A DNA stretch of 64,000 nt, from the IMG/VR virus record IMGVR_UViG_3300008266_000126. One strand, given 5' to 3'. Made by a program: the position numbers and the translations under genes. Shown here piece by piece: positions 21,826 to 32,219 of this stretch (its first letter is position 1; each line of letters begins with the position of its first letter). The stretch comes from an uncultured virus (IMG/VR IMGVR_UViG_3300008266_000126). Taxonomy: Duplodnaviria; Heunggongvirae; Uroviricota; Caudoviricetes. The notes beneath the pieces are model-generated. The model saw only the letters and a program-made list of their open reading frames with translations. It did not search any database and had not been told where the DNA came from.

Positions 21826-22214
21826 TATCGTACTCTTCTTAAGACTAAATCTAGAGTTACTGGTTGAGTGCTATTTGATATAGCAAAAATAATAGAAGCA
21901 CTGTAAGCGTTCTCATCTGGTAATGCTTTTACACCTACACTAATGAGATCTGCACGAGGTTCATAGTTTACAATTGTTTCTGTTATTTTCTCTTTTAAAA
22001 AAAATTCAGTATCTTTACTAACATTTTCAAATAAAGTCTGTCTTATACCAGAACCAATAAGTGGATTGAAGAATCTCTCGTAAGGATCAGTAAGAAGAAG
22101 ATTACGTATAGATCTCTTAACTGCTGACTCGTTGGTAACCAGCACTAAGTCCTCCTTAACAGGATGGACATCAAAATTAGTAGGGATATCTGAGTAGTAT
22201 GTTGTTGTAGCCAT
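21825..22214 (-). CDS. gp25: Baseplate wedge subunit gp25
   Basis: AVKRSIRNLLLT..YERFFNP.IGS; YEPR. Confidence 0.95.
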   Translation of the reverse strand: MATTTYYSDIPTNFDVHPVKEDLVLVTNESAVKRSIRNLLLTDPYERFFNPLIGSGIRQTLFENVSKDTEFFLKEKITETIVNYEPRADLISVGVKALPDENAYSASIIFAISNSTQPVTLDLVLRRVR

Positions 22215-22219
22215 TTAAT

Positions 22220-22227
22220 TATTTATA
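22220..22227 (-). promoter_or_regulatory. T4 late promoter TATAAATA
   Basis: Exact consensus just upstream of gp25. Confidence 0.6.
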
Positions 22228-23704
22228 ATGATGTACGACATGCTTCTAGAAAACGAGGGTTGTATTTTTGAACGTCATTTCCAGTAGAAGAAGCAAGTCT
22301 CCAACCTTGTGAAAACGGAGTAGAACCGAAAGGTGAGAATGTTTCATCTACTATTACACTTGACATACCAATCATAAATGGAATAGCATTATCTGATCTT
22401 CTTAATTCTATAGAGGATGAAGTGGGTACATTAAGTGAATTGCATAGATTAGATGTAAGAGTGTTTACATGCTGGCCGTAATATGAGGTTGTAGGAGGAG
22501 GAGTTGCTGAACCAGTTACCATTCTTGATACTACTGATGCTATTGAAAGAGATCCGCCAAAAGAAGCAAAGTTTTGCATACCGAAACTCATTACACCGGT
22601 GCCACCTTGTGTAGAGCCATATGCTCCAACTCTTCTACAGAATATCTGATCTACTGCAGGTAGTGAGACAGGCGCTTCTCCAAAGAATGATTTGCCTGCG
22701 TATGAAGGTGCAACCAGCATAGGATTATTTGCCATCTTTGATGTAGAAAGTCTTTGTCCAGTAATAACTTCAGACATAAATCCACCAATTGCTTGTCCTC
22801 CTGTTTTACCTAATAATGCATTTAATGCAATTCCGCCTAGAGGACCTAATGCTGCAAGAGCACCTCCTAGCGGTGTTTGATTAAGAAGACCAGCAATAGC
22901 AGATGACCCTACTGTAGTGATTTCAGATTGCATAGTAGCAGTAGGATTAAGTATTGCACTTATAGTAGTAGGAGGTAACGTTGCACTTCTACCGTTAGCA
23001 ATTAAAGAATAAGAATTTATTGCAGAAGTAATAGCACCATCACTGAGAGAAGGAGCATTTCTGTATGCACCTGAATAACCGTCAAAGTATCTTGAAGTAG
23101 ATATAATTTGTGGACCAATAACACCTAAAGACATACCTATATCAGCTGCAGAAAAATTAGTACCATATGAACCACTATTATAATCGTTATATGTTTGAAT
23201 ATTATAGTAAGAAGAAGAATATCTCTGATTAACTGATGCAACACCGTTTGCAAGATATCCAACTTTCCATATATCTTGTATATCACAGATACCTCTAATA
23301 TTTCTAATATATCTTGGTTGTCCTAATTCAGGAATACCTATTGTATCTGCAATATAGTATAAATCATTTTCACTTTCATTTACTGCTAGAATATAAAAGA
23401 AATTCTCTAGCACGTCCACAGGTATAACCCCGTTAGAAGCTAACTCTTGTGATTTTCTTTCTATTGCTTGACGTTCTAATTCTGTTAGAATATAATTATT
23501 GTTAGTGCGTACATAATCTCTACCAGGCGCGGGTGTGTTCTTCATATTAAGAGCTAACCCTGCAAGATTAGCTCCAATATTTACTGCATTATTAAACTGA
23601 TCATTAGACGGTTTAATTTCTTGGCTTCCGTAGAAACCAGGCTGTTGAATTATCCCTCTTTGTAAAAGAGCCGCAACGTCTCTGTTAATAGTATAATTAG
23701 CCAA
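22223..23704 (-). CDS. Hypothetical baseplate-region protein (Gly/Ser-rich)
   Basis: 493-aa ORF between the gp5 C-terminal part and gp25; no family recognised. Confidence 0.6.
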   Translation of the reverse strand: MANYTINRDVAALLQRGIIQQPGFYGSQEIKPSNDQFNNAVNIGANLAGLALNMKNTPAPGRDYVRTNNNYILTELERQAIERKSQELASNGVIPVDVLENFFYILAVNESENDLYYIADTIGIPELGQPRYIRNIRGICDIQDIWKVGYLANGVASVNQRYSSSYYNIQTYNDYNSGSYGTNFSAADIGMSLGVIGPQIISTSRYFDGYSGAYRNAPSLSDGAITSAINSYSLIANGRSATLPPTTISAILNPTATMQSEITTVGSSAIAGLLNQTPLGGALAALGPLGGIALNALLGKTGGQAIGGFMSEVITGQRLSTSKMANNPMLVAPSYAGKSFFGEAPVSLPAVDQIFCRRVGAYGSTQGGTGVMSFGMQNFASFGGSLSIASVVSRMVTGSATPPPTTSYYGQHVNTLTSNLCNSLNVPTSSSIELRRSDNAIPFMIGMSSVIVDETFSPFGSTPFSQGWRLASSTGNDVQKYNPRFLEACRTSL

Positions 23705-25502
23705 CTGCTCTACCCTGTAATGCTGCTACAGCATAAGAAAGCTGTAATCCTGGTACTTGAGATCTACATTTAGGATCAGCACAAGTGATAACTGTTCCAC
23801 CACCTGGTTGTCCTGGTTGTGCTGATTCAAGATGAACATGAATTCCACCTTGATCGTTTTTTTCTAAAAGCACTTTACTATATGGAAGATTATCTCTTAC
23901 GAAAGCTGCTATTTCAGCAGTAAAAGCATAATCTGGTTTATTAATACATCTTACATCTACCGCACCACCCTTAACATGGTTTGCAGAGTTATCTCTATAC
24001 CAAGAAGAAATATAAACTCTTGAACCAAACTTCTCAATAAGCGGATCTAGAATATTCCATGCAACATTCATAGCTTCAGTTAAAATTTGTTTATGCTGAG
24101 AAGCTGATGCGTCTCTTATATTTCTTATCATACCTACAGTAACATATCTTGAAATCTTTTCATTAGAATTATAGATAGAATTTGGTATTGGTAGAGGGTT
24201 TTTCTCCGCTCTACCATTATTAGTAACGTTACCACCTGGTCTATCATAAGCTGTAGTTGATACTGGTTCTGCTTGATAACCATAGTCTTGAACTGTAGTT
24301 TGCAAACCACCACCTTTATTACCTGCAGCATATGCAGCTGCTTGAGGATTAGGTTCACCACCTTCATTCATATAAAGACTAAATTCTTCTGCAGACATAC
24401 GAGCAGCATTTTTAGGAAAGTCTGGTGCAACTCTAATTGACGTAATAGAGTCTATAACAGTATTAGCATCTGGGTATTGTGCAAGTTGTGCAGCATTAGC
24501 ATCTACTGCAGAATCTACTGAAGGTGATCCGCTTGTTTGAATATCAGTAGCAGAGCCTTTAATATTAATTTTTGCTGATCCTAAAATATCTATAGTAGAT
24601 GATGAGTGAATAGATGCTGCACTAGTAGAAGATAGTTTTGCAGTACCGTCAGCTTTCACTGCAAGATCATCTTTAGTGGATAATGTCATAGCACCTTCTG
24701 AAATTGCTTCTAAGGTATCTTTTGCATTAACACTTACTTTTTCTTTAGCATATACACCCACATTCTGCTGTGCATTTACTTCTACTGTCTTATCTGTTCT
24801 AATAGTAATATTTTGAGCTGCGTCAATATCTAGTGATCTTGGTGTTTGTATTCTCATTTTACCAGCAGATGTTAATCTATAATCACCTGCAACCATGTTA
24901 CTGGTATCTTTTGCTACTTCTGTAATTTTACTACCATCAATAGATTCATCTACTGAACCTTGTACAGTGGTGATCATGTTACCACCAACTGCAATATTAA
25001 AATCACCACCAACGTTTAAATCTAGATCACCTTGTGTCTCTAAAGTAATTTTACTTTCACCTTTTAGGATTAGATGTCCAGATGCATATACTACACCATC
25101 TCCTTTAGGTGCAACTATACCAACACCCTTTTTACCAGTAGAGATAAGATGTATAGAACCATCAGCATCAATCATAATAGTTGCACCTGAGTGATGTTGC
25201 AACGTAATAGTGTCTGCACCGAATGTATTATCAATAATTACTTTATTACCAGTTGCAGAAACAAAACCTTGCACATCTGTTGCTTCACTATGCCCAGATG
25301 AAACCCCTGCGCCTGGACCAGTATGTGTTATGCTTGAATCACTAGCTTGACCTGGTTTTTCACTAACAGATACTTCATAATATGGTGCAGGGTTACCTGC
25401 TGTCATACTTTGAGGAGCATTCGATTTTACTACACCATCACCTTCTGGGTTAGTGTAAGATTTTACTCTTTCTAGTTGAGTTGAAAATTGATCTACTGAC
25501 AT
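23697..25502 (-). CDS. gp5-like spike C-terminal part (beta-helix repeats) fused to a peptidase M15 domain
   Basis: LQHHSGATIMIDADGS and V.GD/V.GN repeats; C-terminal ISSWYR...HVKGGAVD...IHVH zinc motif. Confidence 0.8.
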   Translation of the reverse strand: MSVDQFSTQLERVKSYTNPEGDGVVKSNAPQSMTAGNPAPYYEVSVSEKPGQASDSSITHTGPGAGVSSGHSEATDVQGFVSATGNKVIIDNTFGADTITLQHHSGATIMIDADGSIHLISTGKKGVGIVAPKGDGVVYASGHLILKGESKITLETQGDLDLNVGGDFNIAVGGNMITTVQGSVDESIDGSKITEVAKDTSNMVAGDYRLTSAGKMRIQTPRSLDIDAAQNITIRTDKTVEVNAQQNVGVYAKEKVSVNAKDTLEAISEGAMTLSTKDDLAVKADGTAKLSSTSAASIHSSSTIDILGSAKINIKGSATDIQTSGSPSVDSAVDANAAQLAQYPDANTVIDSITSIRVAPDFPKNAARMSAEEFSLYMNEGGEPNPQAAAYAAGNKGGGLQTTVQDYGYQAEPVSTTAYDRPGGNVTNNGRAEKNPLPIPNSIYNSNEKISRYVTVGMIRNIRDASASQHKQILTEAMNVAWNILDPLIEKFGSRVYISSWYRDNSANHVKGGAVDVRCINKPDYAFTAEIAAFVRDNLPYSKVLLEKNDQGGIHVHLESAQPGQPGGGTVITCADPKCRSQVPGLQLSYAVAALQGRAVG

Positions 25503-25505
25503 TAA

Positions 25506-25886
25506 TTAACCGCAATAATTATTATATAATGCTGATATTGATTGTTCAAGTTTATCATTATTACTTGATATAGAAGCTGTATCTGTATATCTAGCAAGCT
25601 CTCTAATAGCTTTATAAAGAGTTACTTTTTGTTGTTCTGTAATATAGAAATTTGAATAAGCAGTAATGGATTTAGCATGTATGAATTTATTTAACCCGCC
25701 TATTAAACACACAGTTGCAGATTGTTCATCTGCATTAGCACCTTGATACACTCTACCATCTATATCAATAATAAAAGTAAAAGATGAATAATTTTGTAAG
25801 TTTACTTTTTCATCTCTCAAAGTATTAGAGAATGAAAAAGTTAAATTTTTACAATATGCAATTGCTTCTGGGCTTACTTCATTCAT
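25506..25886 (-). CDS. Degenerate T7-lysozyme/amidase_2-like protein
   Basis: FIIDIDGRVYQG...VCLIGG...TEQQKVTL resembles the amidase_2 core, but the metal-binding His residues are not evident. Confidence 0.5.
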   Translation of the reverse strand: MNEVSPEAIAYCKNLTFSFSNTLRDEKVNLQNYSSFTFIIDIDGRVYQGANADEQSATVCLIGGLNKFIHAKSITAYSNFYITEQQKVTLYKAIRELARYTDTASISSNNDKLEQSISALYNNYCG

Positions 25887-26854
25887 CTCTCACCTCCTAC
25901 ACCACCAGTATAGGAAAAACTAGAAAGAACATCTCTAGCTTTTTTAAGTTTTTTTAAATAAAAATTTGATTCTCTATTTACTGTCCACACACCATTTAAT
26001 TTTTGATAGGATGCATCTCTTTCATAGTAAATAATATTTGCTGCTGCATCTTGTATAGTAGTAGATGTAAGAAGTTTATTATAAGCGTTTCTTTCACTAC
26101 TATGAAACTCATGCCATACATAATCTAATTGATTTTCTAAAGGAGGTAGACTACCTTTTTTAGCTGTTGATAAATTGTATCCACAGAACTTTAAGAAACA
26201 TGTTGCTCTATCTGCTCTCCATTGAGCAATCCCTAAAGATGGCATACCTCTATCATTTGGGTTGTATGCTTGAGGGTCAATACTATCACCCGATTCGACC
26301 ATAAAGTTTCCTACTATTGCAGCAACTATACATTTTATATCACCGGTAAATGATCCCTCTTTAGATATTTTTTCCCAGAAGTAGTTGTATACTTTTTTAG
26401 CATTTGTAGATCCTACCAACATAGATGTAGAAGGTGTTCCTTCTGTTGCCTGATCTACACCACCACCATTGTATGCTGCATTAGGGTTAGATGAGTTATT
26501 ACCTGACGATTGAGGTGATGGTGTGCCCCCTGGTGAATTATTCATTGAGTTTTCACCACCATTAATAACACCCATAATAATAGGCTGCTGACTATCTTCT
26601 CCGTCAGCAAAAAAACCTACTACCCATGATCCTACTTTAAGACCATGACTAGCAACACCGCTTGATGTTTGTCCTCCTGTAGTAGGATATAATACCATAG
26701 CCCATGGAAGATCATCATTAGAAACCCTGGTAAGGTCTTCTGTATGATGTATACCAAATATTCTTACTCGCACTCGTGCACGATCATCTGCAATATCTTT
26801 TACTACACCGGTAAACCATCTAAAGCGATCGCCATAAAAATCATCTGCTATCAT
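25883..26854 (-). CDS. gp5: gp5 N-terminal OB-fold fused to a phage tail lysozyme domain
   Basis: WFTGVV...RVRVRIFG.H...DLPWA...GSWVVGFFADGEDSQQPIIMG; AAIVGNFMVES...GIAQWR...QLDYVWHE. Confidence 0.85.
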   Translation of the reverse strand: MIADDFYGDRFRWFTGVVKDIADDRARVRVRIFGIHHTEDLTRVSNDDLPWAMVLYPTTGGQTSSGVASHGLKVGSWVVGFFADGEDSQQPIIMGVINGGENSMNNSPGGTPSPQSSGNNSSNPNAAYNGGGVDQATEGTPSTSMLVGSTNAKKVYNYFWEKISKEGSFTGDIKCIVAAIVGNFMVESGDSIDPQAYNPNDRGMPSLGIAQWRADRATCFLKFCGYNLSTAKKGSLPPLENQLDYVWHEFHSSERNAYNKLLTSTTIQDAAANIIYYERDASYQKLNGVWTVNRESNFYLKKLKKARDVLSSFSYTGGVGGER

Positions 26855-28287
26855 TATGCACCACCACTGCCGATAGGACGACCAGTTTCAGGATCTATAA
26901 TTCTATCACTTCTGTTATTACCTTCATTATAGAGTGAAACATCTTGTAATCTGTTAAGATAACCGTCTTTGTATATACGAAGAGAAGTTGCAGCAATACT
27001 ACCTTGCGCTAGTACTTGTTTTACTTCTGAAATAATAAACAAACCGGAAATATACTTGTCGTTTTCTACTATATTGAAACCGTGATTTTCTGGTATATCA
27101 CAGTATATTACATCACCTGCTTTTAAAAACATATTAGCAGGAACTGTGATAGTAAGATCAACTTGATTTAAAGCGTGTAGATATTTTGTAGTGTTACCAA
27201 ACTTATCTCTGTATGATGGTTGTTTTCTATCTTCTATACTTTTATCTTCATAATTGTTAATAATATATCTGACTCTATTAGAAATTTCCGCTTCATCTCC
27301 TTTATTTTTAACATAGTTAATATAGTTAGGAGTATTCATAGGAAATTTTTCTAATGCATACTTGTCGTTTACATACTCATTTAATTCTGTTTTAGTACTG
27401 TTATAACTTTTTTGAAGTAGATTAATTTCAAATAATTCATTCTGAAAGTAACCACCAATAATTTTCTCTATTGAAGAAAATCTCTTATTATTAACTATAT
27501 TAGTTATTACTCTAAGATCTTGATCAGGGTCACCAGTAGGTGATGTCACGCTTATAGAAACATCGGACACATATACATACTTTTTCTTTCTTAAGAGCTC
27601 TCTTTTCTCTGGTGTATCTGCAGCATCTTGTATAAGCTGTTGTAGAGTAACAAAATTAAACTGGCTTAGATCTTCATAGAATAAAAACAAATAGTGATTA
27701 TTGTAGTCTTTAGCAATAGCATGTTTAGCAAACCACTGCATAGCTTTATATGGTCTAAGATTAGGTACTACTAGTTTTCTAACCTGCTGGGTTGTTTCTT
27801 TTCTAAAACTTTTTCTTATCTGAAATTTTTCATAAGTTGGTTCTTTTACATATTCATCAAATAGTTTTTCTGCTGATTCTTCTATTGGATATGCATATGC
27901 ATGTGATACGTATTTCTTTGTATTTTGCAGAAAGAAAGGACTTATAAGATCAACTACGTACATCAATGATCTGGCTCTATCACTAGCAATAATTTTTCTA
28001 ACACCCTTAATAATAAAACTTATTTTTCTTTCTGATGATCTAAAATCAGTCAAACCTGAAAGCTGTTCATAGTAAATAGTTATTAATTCTTCACCTACAA
28101 AAGGGTAGTTAACAAATAAACCAATTTGATCATTAACCAGCATTTCACCTTCGATAGCTGGTTTAAAGATCGACTGATAGATAGAAATTTCCACTATCTG
28201 AGGAGTAATATTTAACTCATCAGATCCGTTAAATTTAGTCATAGAGACTTTAGTAAGTCTAATGTCTAACGGATTTAAATTAGCCAT
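26854..28287 (-). CDS. Baseplate hub protein (gp27-like)
   Basis: ISIYQSIF, G.E.I.I, FLFYED, L.AGDVI...SGLFIISEVKQ; position between gp53 and gp5. Confidence 0.7.
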   Translation of the reverse strand: MANLNPLDIRLTKVSMTKFNGSDELNITPQIVEISIYQSIFKPAIEGEMLVNDQIGLFVNYPFVGEELITIYYEQLSGLTDFRSSERKISFIIKGVRKIIASDRARSLMYVVDLISPFFLQNTKKYVSHAYAYPIEESAEKLFDEYVKEPTYEKFQIRKSFRKETTQQVRKLVVPNLRPYKAMQWFAKHAIAKDYNNHYLFLFYEDLSQFNFVTLQQLIQDAADTPEKRELLRKKKYVYVSDVSISVTSPTGDPDQDLRVITNIVNNKRFSSIEKIIGGYFQNELFEINLLQKSYNSTKTELNEYVNDKYALEKFPMNTPNYINYVKNKGDEAEISNRVRYIINNYEDKSIEDRKQPSYRDKFGNTTKYLHALNQVDLTITVPANMFLKAGDVIYCDIPENHGFNIVENDKYISGLFIISEVKQVLAQGSIAATSLRIYKDGYLNRLQDVSLYNEGNNRSDRIIDPETGRPIGSGGA

Positions 28288-28843
28288 TATTTAAAAGATC
28301 TTTTAGTTGTTGTTTAAAATCAGTAATGAAGGCAGGTTTAAGAAGATTAATTTCTCTCTTCTCTTCATTCTTGTTATACTCATATTCCCATACACTAACT
28401 GGAGTCCAACCCGCAGGGTTTCCTAACTTAGTATATGTCTCATGAGTCATTTTGTAATTATAAGAGTTAATATCTGCTTGTGAATCAGAATTTAAACCTT
28501 CATAATAATAGTAAGCAATAGAAGTAGTTATATTTGTAGAGTTAAGTTTCTCTGCTGTTGTATTATATTTTGCTTCCATATATGCTTTAAACTGTTTATC
28601 ATCCATTAACCAATCTTTGTATGGATCGACAACTCTATTAACCATATAAATTAACCAATCTAAAGAAGAGTCACCATACACATCATAAGCAATAATATCT
28701 GCACGGTCACCTTCTCTTAAAGTATATTTAAAAAATGTATTATAATCACTAAGAAACTTTTGTACAACTTCTGTCTCTACTAGTAGATGAGTTGCTTTTA
28801 TATTATCGTAATTAATATAAGGATAATAGTTAAATAGTGACAT
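28280..28843 (-). CDS. gp53: Baseplate wedge gp53
   Basis: F.YYP.I.Y; Y..REGDRADIIAY..YGDS.LDWLI; NEEKREI.LLKP. Confidence 0.9.
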   Translation of the reverse strand: MSLFNYYPYINYDNIKATHLLVETEVVQKFLSDYNTFFKYTLREGDRADIIAYDVYGDSSLDWLIYMVNRVVDPYKDWLMDDKQFKAYMEAKYNTTAEKLNSTNITTSIAYYYYEGLNSDSQADINSYNYKMTHETYTKLGNPAGWTPVSVWEYEYNKNEEKREINLLKPAFITDFKQQLKDLLNNG

Positions 28844-29688
28844 TATCTTTCTCCAGGACCACTAGTTCTTAGAGAATTTAGACCAGCTTGTGCTGCTGAT
28901 GTTCCACTAGTTGCTATAAAATTATCTCTAGTAAGAATATCAATTTCTTGAAACCCTAGAGTAAATTCTACTGAAACAGGATTACCATCTCTAAAGAATG
29001 CTGGTGCTCCTGAACCTGCACTGTTAACATCTAATCTTGTAATAAAAGAGTCTCTTACATTAGGCATATTTACTTTACTAGCACCAGTAATAAAATCTAA
29101 AGTGGCAAGATAGGGATACTCTAATGCAAACCCACCTGCAATTATTTTAGGGTGCATAAGACCTTTTATTAGAGTGATCATACTCTGCATTCTGTTTGCT
29201 TCTCTTTCAGACTTAGCTGACATTTTCCAAGTAAAATTATAATTTTTTAATTTAACACCGTCAAATATTGTAGTTAAATGAGGGTTACGAACAACTCCAA
29301 ATTGTGATTGTGAAAATTTACCAATGCCAGTATCTGATATACCAGGTGCTAATGCTGCAGCATAACCTGCAATTTCTTTGATCTGATCTACACCAAAGTT
29401 ACCTGTATCTGCCATGGCTTTATAACGTTCCATCTGAGTAGCACCTGCTGTCATAACTTCAGATGGTGCATTACCAAGAAGTTCCATCTTCTCACCACTT
29501 ACATCCATATTAAAAGAATCAGTTATACCTTGAGGTATAGGCAGTCTAATAATAGTTTTTGCAGATGTTTTTGCAGCAGTACCTGGTCTCGGTCTACTAT
29601 ATTCTTTCAAAACTAGAACAGTGTAGAACTCTGGTACTTCTTCTGGAAAACCAAATTTTTGATAGTTATCAGCTCTTGTATCAGGCAT
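28843..29688 (-). CDS. gp48: Baseplate tail-tube cap gp48
   Basis: IRLPIP; NPHLTTIFDGV.L.NYNFTWKMS.KSEREA; P.SVE.TL.FQE. Confidence 0.8.
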   Translation of the reverse strand: MPDTRADNYQKFGFPEEVPEFYTVLVLKEYSRPRPGTAAKTSAKTIIRLPIPQGITDSFNMDVSGEKMELLGNAPSEVMTAGATQMERYKAMADTGNFGVDQIKEIAGYAAALAPGISDTGIGKFSQSQFGVVRNPHLTTIFDGVKLKNYNFTWKMSAKSEREANRMQSMITLIKGLMHPKIIAGGFALEYPYLATLDFITGASKVNMPNVRDSFITRLDVNSAGSGAPAFFRDGNPVSVEFTLGFQEIDILTRDNFIATSGTSAAQAGLNSLRTSGPGER

Positions 29689-29697
29689 TTTTACCCC

Positions 29698-29720
29698 TAT
29701 AAATATTCTTATTATTTATG
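29698..29720. promoter_or_regulatory. Opposed late promoter pair: TATAAATA (+, 29698-29705) and CATAAATA (-, 29713-29720)
   Basis: Between divergent gp48 and gp4. Confidence 0.75.
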
Positions 29721-29734
29721 GTAGTATTTTAAAC

Positions 29735-30178
29735 ATGGCGTATAAAGGCAAATTTAGACCTAAGAATCCGGAAAAGTATAAGGGTAACCCTACAAATATA
29801 ATCTATAGAAGTTTGTGGGAATTAAGATTTATGAGACACTTAGATACACACCCTTCTATATTACAATGGGCATCAGAAGAGATAACGATACCTTATGTAA
29901 GTCCTATTGATAATAGAATTCATAGATACTTTCCTGATTTTTGGGTAAAAATGAAAGATAAAACTGGTGCAATAAATACTATGTTAGTAGAAATAAAACC
30001 GTACAAACAAGTAAAAGAGCCAGTAAGGCAAGATAAGATTACACGTAGATATATCAACGAAGTAAAAACCTACGGTATTAATTCTGCAAAATGGAGAGCT
30101 GCAGAACAATTCTGTCTTGATAAAAAGTGGCAGTTTAAAATTTTAACTGAAAAAGATCTAGGATTAGATAAAGTATAA
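29735..30178 (+). CDS. gp4: Head completion nuclease gp4
   Basis: YKGKFRPKNPEKYKG.PTNIIYRSLWE; HRYFPDF; EIKP. Confidence 0.95.
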   Translation: MAYKGKFRPKNPEKYKGNPTNIIYRSLWELRFMRHLDTHPSILQWASEEITIPYVSPIDNRIHRYFPDFWVKMKDKTGAINTMLVEIKPYKQVKEPVRQDKITRRYINEVKTYGINSAKWRAAEQFCLDKKWQFKILTEKDLGLDKV

Positions 30179-30783
30179 TGCCAATCTTTACTGATATTCT
30201 CAATCAAGGTAGAACTAATGCAACTACAACTGGTATTATTAAACCAGGTTCTGTAGAAGCAAGAGATTGGTATAGAGAAAAAGCACGAGAAATCAGAAGT
30301 GTGAGAATTGAGACTCTTATAAGGCAGAACCCAAATTACACTAAAGCTAATATAAGACCTGGGTTTATGTATCTATTTCAATATGATCCAAAATATAAAG
30401 AATCACTACCTTTTTATGATAGATATCCTCTAGTGTTTCCTTTCGAAGATCAAGGTGATAGTTTTTTAGGAATGAATCTTCACTATTTACCACACATCTA
30501 TAGAGCACGATTAATGGATTTTCTATATGATATGGTAAGCAATCAAAAATATAATGATACTACCAGATTAAGAATTTCCTACCAACTACTTAATTCTGCT
30601 GCTCGTTATAAATATTTTAAACCTTGTGTTAAGAGATATCTTTATAGTCATGTACAAAGTAGATTTCTTTTAATACCTGCCAACGAATGGGACATAGCAT
30701 TATTTTTACCTCTTGAAAGATTTGATAAGAAAACTAAAAATGATGTGTTTAAAAGTACGAGAAAGATTATAAATGGCCTTTAA
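30178..30783 (+). CDS. gp2: DNA end protector gp2
   Basis: YDPKYKE.LPFYDRYPLVF; G.NLHYL; PCVKRYL. Confidence 0.92.
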   Translation: MPIFTDILNQGRTNATTTGIIKPGSVEARDWYREKAREIRSVRIETLIRQNPNYTKANIRPGFMYLFQYDPKYKESLPFYDRYPLVFPFEDQGDSFLGMNLHYLPHIYRARLMDFLYDMVSNQKYNDTTRLRISYQLLNSAARYKYFKPCVKRYLYSHVQSRFLLIPANEWDIALFLPLERFDKKTKNDVFKSTRKIINGL

Positions 30784-31513
30784 TGTAGATGACATGCTGG
30801 GGGTTATAAGCGGTTTAGGAGGTTTAACTAAATCTTCTAAATTCTTAGTACGTATTATACCACCTCGTTCGTTATTCGGGCTTGGAGGTAGATATTTAGA
30901 ATTTTTATGTGATAGTACTAACCTACCAGGTCTATCATGGCAAACTGATGAAATTAAAATGGCTGGTTATGGTAACATAGAAAAACGCCCTTATGGTTCA
31001 GTCTTTACTGATGTCCCGCTATCTTTCTTTAATGACTCAGATGGTAGAGTTCTTAAATTCTTTCATCAATGGATGCAATCTGTTTATAACTTTAACGAAA
31101 ATACTAACCCTAACGCTACAGCTAAAAATCTTTTCAACAATACGTTTGCCTACCCTCAAGAATATTACGGTAACGTAGAGATATATCATTTTGATGATTC
31201 TGGTATGAACATTATTAGTTATACATTAGTTGAAGCATACCCTATTGCTATAGGTGATATAGCAATGGATTGGAACCAAGATAGCACTCTTGTAAAAGTT
31301 CCAGTTAGTTTTACTTATACATACTGGTTTTCAGAGACATTAGATCAAGGCAATGTAAACTACAATTCATATTCGAGAGCTAATTCGCTAGGTAATTTTC
31401 AACCAAGAGTTGATGGATTTCTCGGTGGAGTACGAGAAATATTAAATATCACATCACCACTTCTTGTACAAAGACAGACGAATTTATTTGCAAGTGCAAT
31501 ACCACTTTTTTAA
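30773..31513 (+). CDS. Tail-tube initiator gp54 / gp19-family protein
   Basis: CDSTNLPG, KRPY, FFHQW, AYP.EY, L.EAYP; synteny. Confidence 0.75.
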   Translation: MAFNVDDMLGVISGLGGLTKSSKFLVRIIPPRSLFGLGGRYLEFLCDSTNLPGLSWQTDEIKMAGYGNIEKRPYGSVFTDVPLSFFNDSDGRVLKFFHQWMQSVYNFNENTNPNATAKNLFNNTFAYPQEYYGNVEIYHFDDSGMNIISYTLVEAYPIAIGDIAMDWNQDSTLVKVPVSFTYTYWFSETLDQGNVNYNSYSRANSLGNFQPRVDGFLGGVREILNITSPLLVQRQTNLFASAIPLF

Positions 31514-31529
31514 TTGAGGATTATTTGAT

Positions 31530-32219
31530 ATGGCATTACCAAAGATTAAACACCCAACATATACTATAACTATCCCTTCTACAAAGAAGCAAGTAAACTT
31601 TAGACCGTTTACAGTACAAGAAGAAAAATTACTTCTTATGGCCCGTGCTTCAGAAAAGTCTGACGATATAGTATCTACTATTAAACAGATTATTCAAAAT
31701 TGTATTATTGAGCCAGTAGATGTTGATAAACTTGCTACGTTTGATATTGAATTTATTTTCTTAAGACTGCGTGCTAAATCAGTAGGTGAGGTAGTAGAAT
31801 TAGAATATAAAGATGAAGAAGTGCCAGTTAAGTTTAAAGTAAATTTAGAAGAAGTGCAAGTTAAGTATAACCCAGATCATAAGAATAAATTTAACGTTCA
31901 TGAAGATATTGGTGTATTAATGAGATACCCAACACTTGATGAAATTATAGCAGTAGAATCTAGCGCAGATAAAGAAGAAGCTATTTTTAATGTTCTCTTT
32001 AAATGCGTCGATAAGATCTATGATAAAGAAACTGTATATAATGATTTCACTGAAAAAGAACTGCAAGAATTTATGGATAGCTTACCTATGGATGCACTAC
32101 TAAAAATTAAGGAGTTTTTTGATACTATGCCATCTGTAGAGCATACTGTATCACTGAAAAATTCTAAGGGTGAAACTAAAGATATCTTATTGAAGGGTCT
32201 CAACAGTTTTTTTTCGTAA
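31530..32219 (+). CDS. gp26: Baseplate hub assembly protein gp26
   Basis: MALPKI..P.Y...IPST...V.FRPF.V.EEK.LL; FDIE.IFL.LRAKSVGE; GLNSFF end. Confidence 0.92.
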   Translation: MALPKIKHPTYTITIPSTKKQVNFRPFTVQEEKLLLMARASEKSDDIVSTIKQIIQNCIIEPVDVDKLATFDIEFIFLRLRAKSVGEVVELEYKDEEVPVKFKVNLEEVQVKYNPDHKNKFNVHEDIGVLMRYPTLDEIIAVESSADKEEAIFNVLFKCVDKIYDKETVYNDFTEKELQEFMDSLPMDALLKIKEFFDTMPSVEHTVSLKNSKGETKDILLKGLNSFFS

